From positions 3,584,001-3,648,000 of the forward strand of contig OZ241875.1 in the NCBI GenBank assembly GCA_965203325.1: DNA of 64,000 bases, read 5' to 3'. This document shows, piece by piece, positions 19,674 through 29,473 of this stretch. The notes below the pieces were generated by a model. The model ran no database searches, was not told the origin of the DNA, and saw only the letters and a program-made list of their open reading frames with translations. The stretch comes from a bacterium. GTDB lineage: Bacteria > UBA8248. The position numbers and the translations under genes were made by a program. Position 1 is the stretch's first letter. Every line of letters begins with the position of its first letter.

Positions 19674-19903
19674 CAAAAACACCCATTAGCTATTGAAATT
19701 TTTAATGGATGCAGCCGTATTTCGCGCATCCGGACTGTCGCCCGAAGAACTCGATTTCGACATGGCGGGACGCTACGGTATTTTGCATTGGACGATAGGA
19801 GAATAGAATGGTAAATTCCGATTTGTCTTGATGGTAGAGTGTTTTGACCTCGCGGGGTTCGGAAGACGGGCGAGGCGTTGAATTTATGGGGAGAAAACGA
19901 CTC

Positions 19904-20185
19904 ATGCGAAAAATGGCTGGTATCGTCCTGGCGGTTGGAGTGGTCTTGGTGGTTGCGGGATGCACGACGCCTGAGCACAACGTCTGGTTCAAGCGCGGCG
20001 TGGGCGTGAAGATGGACCAGGCTGTGAAGGACCTGAAAAGTTGCGCGATGAAGGAAGAGTTCATATTCGATGCGAAGGCCAAAGGCGGTCCCGAAGCGAC
20101 CAGTTCCGCGACGTCTTATGCGCAGAGCAATTTCGATTCGTGCATGATGGCCAAGGGCTTCAAGAAGAAGAAAATGATGAAATAA
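19904..20185 (+). CDS. Small lipoprotein
   Basis: MRKMAGIVLAVGVVLVVAGC lipobox; DLKSC...FDSCMMAKGF. Confidence 0.75.
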   Translation: MRKMAGIVLAVGVVLVVAGCTTPEHNVWFKRGVGVKMDQAVKDLKSCAMKEEFIFDAKAKGGPEATSSATSYAQSNFDSCMMAKGFKKKKMMK

Positions 20186-20271
20186 GTTCCGAGGGCGTAT
20201 GCGGCGAGCCTGCCGGAGGATGGAAGCGAACTCCCGACGCGCCTTCTTGATGGATTGTTTCGCAAGCCTCG

Positions 20272-20306
20272 AAGAGCCGGAGAATTCGTTCTCCGGTTCT
20301 TTTGTT
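20272..20306 (+). terminator. Intrinsic terminator
   Basis: AAGAGCCGGAGAA-TTCG-TTCTCCGGTTCTT hairpin followed by T-rich tail. Confidence 0.6.
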
Positions 20307-20364
20307 CTAGGGCGTGAGCGCATCACAACGAATATCAATGAAATCCGAAGAGCAGGAGATGAGA

Positions 20365-20925
20365 ATGAACCAGGGCGAGGGGCCGTCCCGCCGCGAAGTC
20401 GAGCAGGCGGCCGAACTGAAAACTTTCGAGGACCACCGCGCCGAGGGGCCAGACGCCGTCACGTGCGGCGTCCTCACGGTGAGCGACACGCGCACGGAAG
20501 AAAGCGACACGAGCGGAAAGTTGATCATGAACATGCTGGGCGACATGGGCCACAAGGTCGCCTTCTACCGCATCGTGAAGGATGAGCCGGAGCAGATTCG
20601 CGAAGCCCTGCTCGAGGCGTGCGCCGACCCCGGCATCCAGGTGGTGATATCGAACGGGGGGACGGGCATCACCAAGCGGGATACGACGTACGACGTCGTC
20701 GTCTCGCTCCTGGAGAAGGAAATGCCCGGCTTCGGCGAGTTGTTCCGGCACGTGAGTTTCGAGGAAATCGGCACGGCCGCCATGCTCACCCGCGCCACGG
20801 CGGGGACTTGCCGGGACACCATCATCATGACGCTGCCCGGCTCGGGGAACGCCTGCCGCACGGGCATGGAAAAAATCATCCTCCCCGAGATCAGCCACAT
20901 GGTGCGGGAGGTCCTGAAGCCCTAA
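20365..20925 (+). CDS. moaB: Molybdopterin adenylyltransferase MoaB/MogA family
   Basis: LTVSD, DTSG, NGGTGITKRDTT, PGFGELFR, TLPGS; AGGAG SD. Confidence 0.85.
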   Translation: MNQGEGPSRREVEQAAELKTFEDHRAEGPDAVTCGVLTVSDTRTEESDTSGKLIMNMLGDMGHKVAFYRIVKDEPEQIREALLEACADPGIQVVISNGGTGITKRDTTYDVVVSLLEKEMPGFGELFRHVSFEEIGTAAMLTRATAGTCRDTIIMTLPGSGNACRTGMEKIILPEISHMVREVLKP

Positions 20926-20995
20926 GGCATTCCGTAATGGATACGGGAAGCCGACTCCGGCTGGATGAGAAAGTCCTCGATCAGCCCCGAAATGC

Positions 20996-21297
20996 GGTTG
21001 TTGAGAAAGCTCCTCGCGAATAGCGCTGGTTCTGTAGGGGCGGACCCGTGTGTCCGCCCGCGCCGGGAGGGTTTGTCCTTACCATGAACCCTCCCTCCCC
21101 GGTCGGCTTCACCCCCCCCCTTGACAGGGGGGTATGAAAAGGCGATGCCCGCTGCTGGTAGAGGGGCTTTTGTTTTTCTTGCCCCCCTGTCAAGGGGGTA
21201 GGGGGGTGGTTTTCAAGGCGAGAACCTACGCCGCCGCCCGGTTTCGGCTTTCGCCGGAATGACAGCAATCCCGGCATTGCAGGCCTTTCCAACAGCC
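20996..21297. mobile_element. MITE-like element carrying REP-like palindromes
   Basis: Imperfect terminal inverted repeats GGTTGTTGAGAAAG / CTTTCCAACAGCC; flanking 9-bp direct repeat CCGAAATGC/CCGGAATGC; internal GTAG-GGGCGGAC..GTCCGCCC and C-run/G-run hairpins; ~90 bp shared with 55027-55123. Confidence 0.55.
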
Positions 21298-21464
21298 CCG
21301 GAATGCGGGGATGCACCGGACGAAATGAAGCTCAGGCCCCGCCTGGTCCACCCGGCGGCGTATTCACGTCGGTCAAGTTGACACGAGATATCCAAAAGAC
21401 TAGTTTTAACGCGCATTTTGCACGGGGCAGAGGCCCCCTTTCGCTTGATAAGAGGCTCGTTTCC

Positions 21465-21950
21465 ATGGAAAGTCACGCGGTATATCCGGGAACCTTCGAT
21501 CCGCCGACGAAAGGGCATTTCGACGTTGTTCGCAGGAGCCAGAGGCTTTTCTCGAAGGTGACCGTGGCCATCTCCGTTCACCCCTCGAAAACGCCGCTGT
21601 TCAGTTTCGAGGAACGCAGGAATTTCTTCCTGGAAGAATTCGAGGCGTCGAACCAGATCGAGGTCGCGAGCTTCGAGCGTGAACTGCTCGTGGATTTCGC
21701 CATGAAAGTGAATGCCCAGGCCATCATTCGCGGCCTGCGCGCCGTGAGCGATTTTGATTACGAGATGCAGATGACGCTCATGAACAGAAGGCTGAACGAG
21801 GAGATCGAAACGATTTTCCTCATGCCCAGCGAACAGTACAGTTTCCTCAGTTCCAGCCTCGTCAAGGAAGTCGCTTCACTCGGCGGAGACGTGGGTGAAC
21901 ACGTGTCCGCTTCTGTACGGGAAGCGCTCGGCGAGCGGTTCCACAGCTAA
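21465..21950 (+). CDS. coaD: Phosphopantetheine adenylyltransferase
   Basis: AVYPGTFDPPTKGH, IRGLRAVSDFDYE, FLSSSLVKEVA. Confidence 0.95.
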   Translation: MESHAVYPGTFDPPTKGHFDVVRRSQRLFSKVTVAISVHPSKTPLFSFEERRNFFLEEFEASNQIEVASFERELLVDFAMKVNAQAIIRGLRAVSDFDYEMQMTLMNRRLNEEIETIFLMPSEQYSFLSSSLVKEVASLGGDVGEHVSASVREALGERFHS

Positions 21951-21977
21951 ATTCATTTTCTAACCCTGGAGTTATTC

Positions 21978-23174
21978 ATGCGTTTTGCATCCCGAATGAG
22001 CAAGTTGCCTCCCATCCCCACGCTGGCGATGAACACCAAGGCGGCGGAAATGAAGGCACAAGGCGTCGACGTCATCTCGTTCGCGGCGGGAGAGCCTGAT
22101 TTCGACACCCCCGAGCACATCAAGGAAGGGGCCATCCGGGGTCTGCGTGACGGCGCCACGAAATACACGGCGGTTCGGGGCATACCCTCCCTCCGAGAGG
22201 CGATTTGCGATTGGGCCGAGGAGCACAAGGGCCTCCGGTATGACCCGAAAACGGAAGCCATCGTCACCGTGGGCGGGAAGCAATCGGTCTTCAACGCCCT
22301 GCACGTCCTCGTCGAGGAGGGCGATGAGGTCGTCATCCCAGCGCCCATCTGGGTGGCGTACGAGCCCGTCGCCACCCTGACCGGGGCGAAACCGGTTCTG
22401 GTGGAGACCAGTGAGGAAAACGGCCACAAGATGACGGCCGCGCAGTTGCGCGAAGCCGTCTCCGAGCGGACGAAAATCGTGGTGATCAACAGCCCGTGCA
22501 ACCCTTCGGGGTGTGTCTACAGCCGCGAGGAGTTGGAGGCGATCGCCGAGGTGGTTTTATCGACCGGCGCGATGGTCATGTCCGATGAGATTTACGGGAA
22601 AATCACCTATGACGGCGAGGCGCATTACTCGATCGCCGGTTTTTCCGACGAGATGAAGGCGCGTACCCTGGTTCTGGACGGGTTCTCGAAAACCTACGCG
22701 ATGACGGGCTGGCGGCTGGGCTATACGCTCGGGAGCCCTGAAATCATCGAGGCCATGGACACGCTGCAGGGCCAGAGCACGAGCAACGCCACCTCCTTCG
22801 CCCAATACGGCGGGGTCGCGGCCTTGAGGGGCTCGCATGAGTTCCTGAACGAATGGCTCGCGCAATACGACGCGAGGAGAAAGGCGATCGTCGAGGGACT
22901 GAACTCAATCGACGGGCTCAGCGTCGTGAACCCCAAGGGCGCGTTTTACGCCTTCCCCCGGGTGAGCGGTGTATTCGGTCGCCGTGGGCCGGACGGAGTA
23001 TTGAAAAATTCAATGGATGTGGGGCTATACCTCCTCGAACACGCCCACTGCGCCGGCGTGCCCGGCGCCGGTTTCGGCAATGACAATTACGTGCGCTTCT
23101 CCTACGCGACTTCCCTGGAGAACGTCAAAGAAGGAATCGAGCGGATCAGAGCAGCCTTGGGACAGCTTGGTTGA
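21978..23174 (+). CDS. aspC: Class I aspartate aminotransferase
   Basis: AGEPDFDTP, NSPCNPSG, SDEIY, SKTYAMTGWRLG, RFSYA. Confidence 0.9.
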   Translation: MRFASRMSKLPPIPTLAMNTKAAEMKAQGVDVISFAAGEPDFDTPEHIKEGAIRGLRDGATKYTAVRGIPSLREAICDWAEEHKGLRYDPKTEAIVTVGGKQSVFNALHVLVEEGDEVVIPAPIWVAYEPVATLTGAKPVLVETSEENGHKMTAAQLREAVSERTKIVVINSPCNPSGCVYSREELEAIAEVVLSTGAMVMSDEIYGKITYDGEAHYSIAGFSDEMKARTLVLDGFSKTYAMTGWRLGYTLGSPEIIEAMDTLQGQSTSNATSFAQYGGVAALRGSHEFLNEWLAQYDARRKAIVEGLNSIDGLSVVNPKGAFYAFPRVSGVFGRRGPDGVLKNSMDVGLYLLEHAHCAGVPGAGFGNDNYVRFSYATSLENVKEGIERIRAALGQLG

Positions 23175-23395
23175 TGCATGGCCTGGGACGCGCTCTTCAG
23201 ATTCTCGCCATGGTGGATTGCGGGGTCGCCCTGCTCATCGGCGCTTTGAATCCCTCCGCCTACGCCATCCAGCTCGTCGTTTTGGGTTCCGCGGTCATTT
23301 TGTTTTCCGTCGGGCGCTTGCTCCAGAAGAAGGCGCGTGCGACGGCGACCCCGATCGGTGAGCAGGATCGATCATCCATGTCCGAGAGCGAATGA
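23171..23395 (+). CDS. Small two-TM hypothetical protein
   Basis: Two hydrophobic segments; start/stop overlaps with both neighbours. Confidence 0.55.
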   Translation: MMHGLGRALQILAMVDCGVALLIGALNPSAYAIQLVVLGSAVILFSVGRLLQKKARATATPIGEQDRSSMSESE

Positions 23396-24789
23396 GGGTG
23401 TCCCCATCCGCGCCGCGAAGCTTGTTTACCGACTGGTGGGAGTCGTGTTGTGAGCGTTACCTCCGGGAGAATTTCGGGGATGTAGGCGAGCAAATCAGGC
23501 AAAATTTCACCCAAACGCTTTTTTCTCCCCAGGTGGAACCCATCCTGCCCGAGCAGGTTCTACCGATTTCTTTCATCCATCTGAAGTTGTTGGCCGGTGA
23601 GGAGTTGGGGTTTGTTCTCCAGCGCATGGAGAAGCTGACGGCGCTGTATGGCGCTCAGGGCGTGAAGCCGGCTGTCGGCACCCTGTACCTGGCGTTGACG
23701 GCCCTGACGTCGAGGCGCGGAAAATTGTCCTCCATGGCGAAGGCGCAATCGGCGTTTTTCAGTTTGTTGCTCCGGCGTTTGGCGAACATGTTCGACGAAG
23801 GGGTGGGTGAAGGCGCCATACGAGAAGAACTTTCCGGTGTCTGGGAGATTCGTACGGAGCCGGCCGCAAGCGCAACCCTGGAAAATGCCCGCGGCCTCTG
23901 GAGGCGCACGAGCGATCGGGATGCCGGTTTGCGTCCTTTGCCGGTGAATCTGGATTCGTGGCTTCATGACAACGGATTAGCCGAAAATGTCGCCGAAGCC
24001 CGGAAAATGTATGGCGATATGGCGGAAAATCATCATTTGTCCGAGTTGGCGGATCGTTTGGCGGCGTTAGAGGTATTGAGAAATTCAATAGATTCCGGAG
24101 ATGCCCTGGAACGAAGAGCCGCATGGGAGGATATGCAGGCTGTATTGATCAGAAGCTTCAATGACGCCATGACAGGCATGACGCCTTGGGAGTCGAAAAC
24201 CCTGCGCCCTGCGCCACCTCTGTTGATTTCTCTGCTTGCATGGGCGAACAAACTCCAGTTGCTGGATGAAGGTGAAACGCCCACGGCTTACCCCGGACGG
24301 GAGAGGCTGCCTGATTGGCTGAAAGAAATCTTGAATAAGAAACATTACAAGGACGGCGTTCTCTCGTCATCGAGACTCGCCGTGGGTGGCGAAACTTATA
24401 TTTTGGTTGGCGTAGATGCGTCTGCTTCTTCCGAGTTGCTCTCGGTGGTTTTCGATGCGCCGGATCGGACGGATTCGGCCGCGCTGGAACTGAGCATTCG
24501 ATTTGGAGATGGTACGAAAAAATCTTTTCCATTCGATTTGGAGAATGGACGAGATCTTTTGGCCGCGATATGTCTGGCGAGGCAGGACGACTTTCGACTC
24601 GACGTCATCGTCCGTGGCTCGGACAAGGATTGGCGTTTTGGGACGTCTTTGTACTTGATGATGGCGCAAGAGCATCATGAGATTTGGGTGCGGTGCCTCC
24701 TCTCTTTTTTGGAGGAGAAATTTGGAAGTGACGAGGACAGAATTCGCCTCGAAATACTGAGGGGCGTAAAACGGAAAAACGATAATTGA
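23392..24789 (+). CDS. Hypothetical protein (465 aa)
   Basis: Long ORF with protein-like composition, ATGA-coupled to upstream ORF; no recognised motif. Confidence 0.65.
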   Translation: MRVSPSAPRSLFTDWWESCCERYLRENFGDVGEQIRQNFTQTLFSPQVEPILPEQVLPISFIHLKLLAGEELGFVLQRMEKLTALYGAQGVKPAVGTLYLALTALTSRRGKLSSMAKAQSAFFSLLLRRLANMFDEGVGEGAIREELSGVWEIRTEPAASATLENARGLWRRTSDRDAGLRPLPVNLDSWLHDNGLAENVAEARKMYGDMAENHHLSELADRLAALEVLRNSIDSGDALERRAAWEDMQAVLIRSFNDAMTGMTPWESKTLRPAPPLLISLLAWANKLQLLDEGETPTAYPGRERLPDWLKEILNKKHYKDGVLSSSRLAVGGETYILVGVDASASSELLSVVFDAPDRTDSAALELSIRFGDGTKKSFPFDLENGRDLLAAICLARQDDFRLDVIVRGSDKDWRFGTSLYLMMAQEHHEIWVRCLLSFLEEKFGSDEDRIRLEILRGVKRKNDN

Positions 24790-24842
24790 CGGCCAAGCTC
24801 TAGTACGCGGGCTTATCCATATACCCGAAGAAGAACGAACGC

Positions 24843-26120
24843 TTATGCCCGCACCCTCCAGACGAGTAATACCGCGATGAGCCGACTGGCCGCCATGGCC
24901 GTGAACACCCAGAACCACCCGTTTGAAATCGCCAGAGACAACCATCCGAAGAATATGGCTTGGAGCGCGCCATAAATATACCCGTGGGCATCCAGCACGC
25001 CCGCCGCTGTTCCCGCCAGCCGCCTGCCGGCCAGGTCTACCCCCAGCGCCTGCACGGTGGACATGTTGACGCAAAATCCACCGACAATGAGCAAAATAAC
25101 GGCGAGAGGAATGTTATCGGCGGGCGCATAGGCGATCCCCATCATCGCGGCGGCGCTCAGAAACGCGGCGAGTATGATGACGATGGAGCGGTTACTCTTG
25201 AAGAATCGATCGGAAATGATTCCGCCGAAGATAGGCCCGAACAAATACCCCAAAGGATATGCGAAGGTAAGCAAACCCATCTCTTTCAGGTTGAATCCAC
25301 CCACCTGAGCGTAATACAAAGGCGCCCATGAGACGACGCCGTAGCGAACCACGTTATCCAGTCCTTTTACGTGGCACGCCAAAAAGAAACGCAGATTGGT
25401 CATCAAGTGAAAATACGCTTTTAGGCCATGTTCACTCTCGCTGCCTGCCGCTTCTGCTTCGCGGGACACGTCATCTGACTCTATATACTCAGGGAGGTTG
25501 AGTTCGGCGGGTTTGTCTTTGGCGATAAAGTAAAAAATGATTCCCAAAACGGCAATGATCAAAGGGGGGTAGCGAATCGCGATCCGCCAGCCGTATTGCG
25601 CCGCCGTCCAAGGTACGACCGCCCAAACGATGAGGAGCGCTATACCGGCGGCCGTTCCCACGAGCCCAATCGCCTGGCCCCGCTCGCGTCTCGGCCACCA
25701 TTGCGCCACCAAGCCGAGTCCTGGCCCCCATGTGGCTGCGTTCACAAAACCGACCACCGCCCAGGGTATGGCGAGCGTGGAAATGGAATTTCCAAAACTC
25801 GCGATGAAGTTGAACAACGATGTGGTTATGGCGGCGAAGAGTATGGTGTTTCTGTAGCCTACTTTTTCCGCAATCCTGCCGAAGACCAAGTCGCCGAAAG
25901 CGAATCCCCAAAACATCCATGAATTGATCCACCCGGTATCGACTCGCGTGATACCCAGATCCTGGATGACCGCGTATTGCACCAGACTGAAGTTGAATCT
26001 GCCCAGATAGTTGAAGGCATAGAAAACGCAAAAGGCGATAAGAATGCGCCATTTCCACTGGTGAAACTCGGGAGGCAGGTCATGATATTCGACCTGGGTG
26101 GCGCTTCTTCGTTCGTTCAT
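24843..26120 (-). CDS. MFS transporter, GlpT/UhpT (OPA)-like
   Basis: About 12 hydrophobic segments; YLGRFNFS, WWPRRERG, GIISDR, AGTAAG. Confidence 0.85.
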   Translation of the reverse strand: MNERRSATQVEYHDLPPEFHQWKWRILIAFCVFYAFNYLGRFNFSLVQYAVIQDLGITRVDTGWINSWMFWGFAFGDLVFGRIAEKVGYRNTILFAAITTSLFNFIASFGNSISTLAIPWAVVGFVNAATWGPGLGLVAQWWPRRERGQAIGLVGTAAGIALLIVWAVVPWTAAQYGWRIAIRYPPLIIAVLGIIFYFIAKDKPAELNLPEYIESDDVSREAEAAGSESEHGLKAYFHLMTNLRFFLACHVKGLDNVVRYGVVSWAPLYYAQVGGFNLKEMGLLTFAYPLGYLFGPIFGGIISDRFFKSNRSIVIILAAFLSAAAMMGIAYAPADNIPLAVILLIVGGFCVNMSTVQALGVDLAGRRLAGTAAGVLDAHGYIYGALQAIFFGWLSLAISNGWFWVFTAMAASRLIAVLLVWRVRA

Positions 26121-26262
26121 GTTAGGAGGGTTGCTTCTGTGGAGCCGAAACGCCGTCTGATTAGCCAGTTCATTTTCACCATCTGTAGGTGTCTCGGAGT
26201 TTCCAAGAGGATTTGCTCAACTCTTATGACCGAATGCGGCAAATGGTCATTTCTGTATTTGC

Positions 26263-27528
26263 TTATTTTTCAAATTCTAACAGATGATAGTTCTTTTTTC
26301 CCTTCCGAAGCAGGATGTATTGACCAAATAACATATCATCAGCAGATAATACGCTTTCCTCATTCGTGATGCGGCGATTGTTCACATAAATGCCGCCACC
26401 GCTTAGTTCTTTTCGCGCCAATGTTTTCGACCTGGAGAGACCGGTTTCCAGCAGGATGTCTATGAGCGGACATGGCGGTGTTCCTGAGCGTAGAGTTTTC
26501 GGCATCTCCTCCGCTGCCGAGAGCAAGTCGGTTTTCTCGATTCCATCCAGTTGTGCGCCGAAGAGAATTTTCGCGGCGCGCTCTGCGCTGCGCGCGGCGG
26601 CGGCGCCGTGTACGAGCGTCGTCAATTCTTTCGAGAGGCGGCGTTGTCCGGCTCGCATCTCCGGGGATTCGAGGTGTTCACTTTCGATTTCATCAATCTC
26701 GTCAAGTGGCAGAAAGGTGAAATATCTCAGAAACCTGCCGACATCCCTGTCGTCTGTCTGAATCCAGTATTGCGAGAATCGGTATGGACTGGTTCGCTTC
26801 GGGTCCAGCCAGATATTCTCTTCTTCTGTTTTGCCGAATTTTCTGCCGTCGGAAGTCGTGATGAGAGGAAAGGTCATTCCGAATGCGGGCTTTCCATGAA
26901 CCCGCCGAATAAGCTCAATCCCGGCTGTGATGTTGCCCCACTGATCGGAACCGCCAATCTGTAAAGTGCAATTCTCTTTCTCGAACAGGTGCAGAAAATC
27001 ATAGGCCTGAAGCGCCATGTAGCTGAACTCGGTGTACGATATTCCTGCATCGGCGATGCGTGACTTCACAGATTCTTTCGCCATCATATAACCGATGGAA
27101 AAATGTTTGCCTACGTCGCGGAAAAAATCGATGAGACGGACCTCGTTCAGCCACTCCGCGTTGTTCATCATACGCGCAGAGTTTGAACCCGCATCAAAAT
27201 CCAGGAACCTTTCGAATTGAGCCCTGATTCCTTTGAGGTTGTGTTCTAAAATTTCTGCGCTTAGGAGGTTTCTCTCTTCTGATTTTCCCGAAGGGTCTCC
27301 TATCATCCCGGTTCCGCCGCCCATGAGGGCAATCGGCCGGTGTCCTGCGCGTTGAAAACGCATGAGTCCCGTAATGGGAACCAGGTTTCCGATATGTAAA
27401 CTGTCAGCCGTGGGGTCGAAGCCGCAATAAAGGCTCATCGCGCCTTTTCGTAATGCGCTCACCATTTGCGCCTGGTCCGTGTGATCGTGGACCAAACCAC
27501 GGAGCTTCAGGTCATCGAACAAGTTCAT
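26263..27528 (-). CDS. tyrS: Tyrosine--tRNA ligase
   Basis: YCGFDPTADSLHIGN, QIGGSDQWGNI, KFGKT, C-terminal S4-like RKGKKNY. Confidence 0.97.
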   Translation of the reverse strand: MNLFDDLKLRGLVHDHTDQAQMVSALRKGAMSLYCGFDPTADSLHIGNLVPITGLMRFQRAGHRPIALMGGGTGMIGDPSGKSEERNLLSAEILEHNLKGIRAQFERFLDFDAGSNSARMMNNAEWLNEVRLIDFFRDVGKHFSIGYMMAKESVKSRIADAGISYTEFSYMALQAYDFLHLFEKENCTLQIGGSDQWGNITAGIELIRRVHGKPAFGMTFPLITTSDGRKFGKTEEENIWLDPKRTSPYRFSQYWIQTDDRDVGRFLRYFTFLPLDEIDEIESEHLESPEMRAGQRRLSKELTTLVHGAAAARSAERAAKILFGAQLDGIEKTDLLSAAEEMPKTLRSGTPPCPLIDILLETGLSRSKTLARKELSGGGIYVNNRRITNEESVLSADDMLFGQYILLRKGKKNYHLLEFEK

Positions 27529-27684
27529 GGATGTTCCCCATGGTTTTCTTGTCGTATTTGAGGCAGTGCAAAAATGATTCCCCCATCAAGAATGCTATCT
27601 TCCAGTCGATATTGTATCTTATTCGATATATATCAGGAGAGAGGGCTGACTGAAAGTTCAACGCCGGCTTTCGGGATACGCAAG

Positions 27685-28431
27685 ATGACGCTTCGTTTTG
27701 ATTTTCATGGCAAAAGAGTGATTCTCACCGGCGCTACAGGAGACGTGGGCAAGACGCTCGCTCGGGCATTTCTAGATACGGGCGCCAAACTCGCCGCCAC
27801 GGGGCGGAGTCCAGAGAAACTGCGTCTCATCGAAGGTTCCGAGGAGATGCTGAAAAAAATTCCCTGTGACTTCGAAAATTTCACAGAAGTGAAATCCATG
27901 ATCCAAGAAGCAATCGCATGGCTGGGTGGATGCGACGTCCTGGTTCACACGGCGGCGGACATGCTGGTGAAAGACCCGCTCTCGCTTGGTGAATCTGATT
28001 GGAGGCGCGCTCTGAACGTGAATCTCCTGGCGCCTTATTTCTGCATTCAAGGCGCGATGCTCGCACTCAAGGATTCTCCGGCTGGGCGAATCATCCTGTT
28101 TGGTTCCGGGGCCGGAAAATCGGGCGGGCTGGGCCATAATCTCACGTATGGCGCTTCAAAAGGTGGTATCTTGGCCATGACGTTCAACCTGGCTCGTGAG
28201 TTGGCGAAAACCAGAGTGACCGTGAACTGCCTGGTCCCCGGGCCGATTGATGGCCCTTTGATGCGAGAATTTGGACCAGATTTGTATTATAGGGCACTGG
28301 CGAAACATCCGATGGGAAAATTTGCGATTGCTGCGGATCTAGTGCCGCCCACTTTGTTTCTTGCAAGCGAGGAAGCTGCGCATATCACCGGAGAAGCACT
28401 GGATGTAAACGGGGGGTATTTTACGGATTAG
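27685..28431 (+). CDS. Short-chain dehydrogenase/reductase
   Basis: [31 protein letters not shown]. Confidence 0.85.
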   Translation: MTLRFDFHGKRVILTGATGDVGKTLARAFLDTGAKLAATGRSPEKLRLIEGSEEMLKKIPCDFENFTEVKSMIQEAIAWLGGCDVLVHTAADMLVKDPLSLGESDWRRALNVNLLAPYFCIQGAMLALKDSPAGRIILFGSGAGKSGGLGHNLTYGASKGGILAMTFNLARELAKTRVTVNCLVPGPIDGPLMREFGPDLYYRALAKHPMGKFAIAADLVPPTLFLASEEAAHITGEALDVNGGYFTD

Positions 28432-28537
28432 GGTTTGTTCGGAGAATGCAAGTGCGAAGCGCCCGGATTATTTGAAGCGAATTCTGGAACAGGAGTTGAT
28501 TGTGCACGATAAAACATCAGGCAAGGAACAAACGGGG

Positions 28538-29470
28538 GTGAGAGCCGTTGAAATCGAAGGGGTGTCCCTGCATCTGAGCGGACACACCGCTCCCGATCAA
28601 GCTTGGATCGGTCAGACAGAGGTGCTGCGTCAGCTTCTGGCCTGCTGGATGATCGTAGCGGAGGAGGACGTTTCTCTTTCTCCAAGAATTGTCGGCCCCC
28701 CCGGTATCGGGAAGACGACGCTGGCGATGGCGGCGGCGCGAGAGAGAAAACAGGGATTGTTCATATTTCAGTGCACCTCCGATACCCGCCCGGAAGATCT
28801 CTTGATCACGCCCGTCCTGGCGGAGTCGGGAAGAATCGCCTATCACGCATCCCCTCTGGTTACGGCCATGATACGGGGAGGCGTATGCGTGCTGGATGAG
28901 GGCAACCGGATGAGCGAGAAGAGTTGGGCGTCGCTGGCTCCGTTGCTTGATCATCGCCGTTATGTGGAGTCTATCGTTGCGGGTATTACGGTAAAGGCGC
29001 ACCCGGATTTTCGCTGTTGCGTAACAATGAATGAAGATGCCTCGACATACGAGGTGCCCGACTACATTTTGTCGAGACTCCAACCAACTTTGGAGCTTGA
29101 ATTCCCGAACAAAAAAGATGAAATGAACATCCTGAAGTATCATTTGCCGTTTGCGCCCGAAGAGATGTTGGCCTTGACGGTGGAGTTTTTGCAGGAAGCC
29201 CACGAACTGGACTTGGAGTATTCTCCAAGAGACGGAATCCACATTCTTCAATTCGCACTGAAGCGTCTTGCGCAGGACCCGGAGCATCCACTCTCACGAG
29301 ACAAAGCGTGGCGAGAGGCGCTCGCCAAGGTTTTGGGAGATGAGGCATTGGACCTGAAAAGCCTCGCGCAAAGAAGACGGCAAGCCCTCGGTGACGAACC
29401 CCCGTCGCTTGATTTCGGCGATATTTTCTTTGGTGGTGACAGCCCCTTGGACCCCGATCGAGACGATTGA
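28538..29470 (+). CDS. MoxR-type AAA+ ATPase
   Basis: Walker A GPPGIGKT, Walker B VCVLDE, HPDFR..TMN, SRL arginine finger; GTG start inferred. Confidence 0.85.
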   Translation: MRAVEIEGVSLHLSGHTAPDQAWIGQTEVLRQLLACWMIVAEEDVSLSPRIVGPPGIGKTTLAMAAARERKQGLFIFQCTSDTRPEDLLITPVLAESGRIAYHASPLVTAMIRGGVCVLDEGNRMSEKSWASLAPLLDHRRYVESIVAGITVKAHPDFRCCVTMNEDASTYEVPDYILSRLQPTLELEFPNKKDEMNILKYHLPFAPEEMLALTVEFLQEAHELDLEYSPRDGIHILQFALKRLAQDPEHPLSRDKAWREALAKVLGDEALDLKSLAQRRRQALGDEPPSLDFGDIFFGGDSPLDPDRDD

Positions 29471-29473
29471 TTC

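Noticed and set aside
19421..20338. 305-aa - strand ORF and 181-aa ORF 33877-34422 sharing peptide NLSKNPVNLS
   Set aside because: Shared peptide is just the translation of the DNA repeat; the first ORF is antisense to a credible lipoprotein gene
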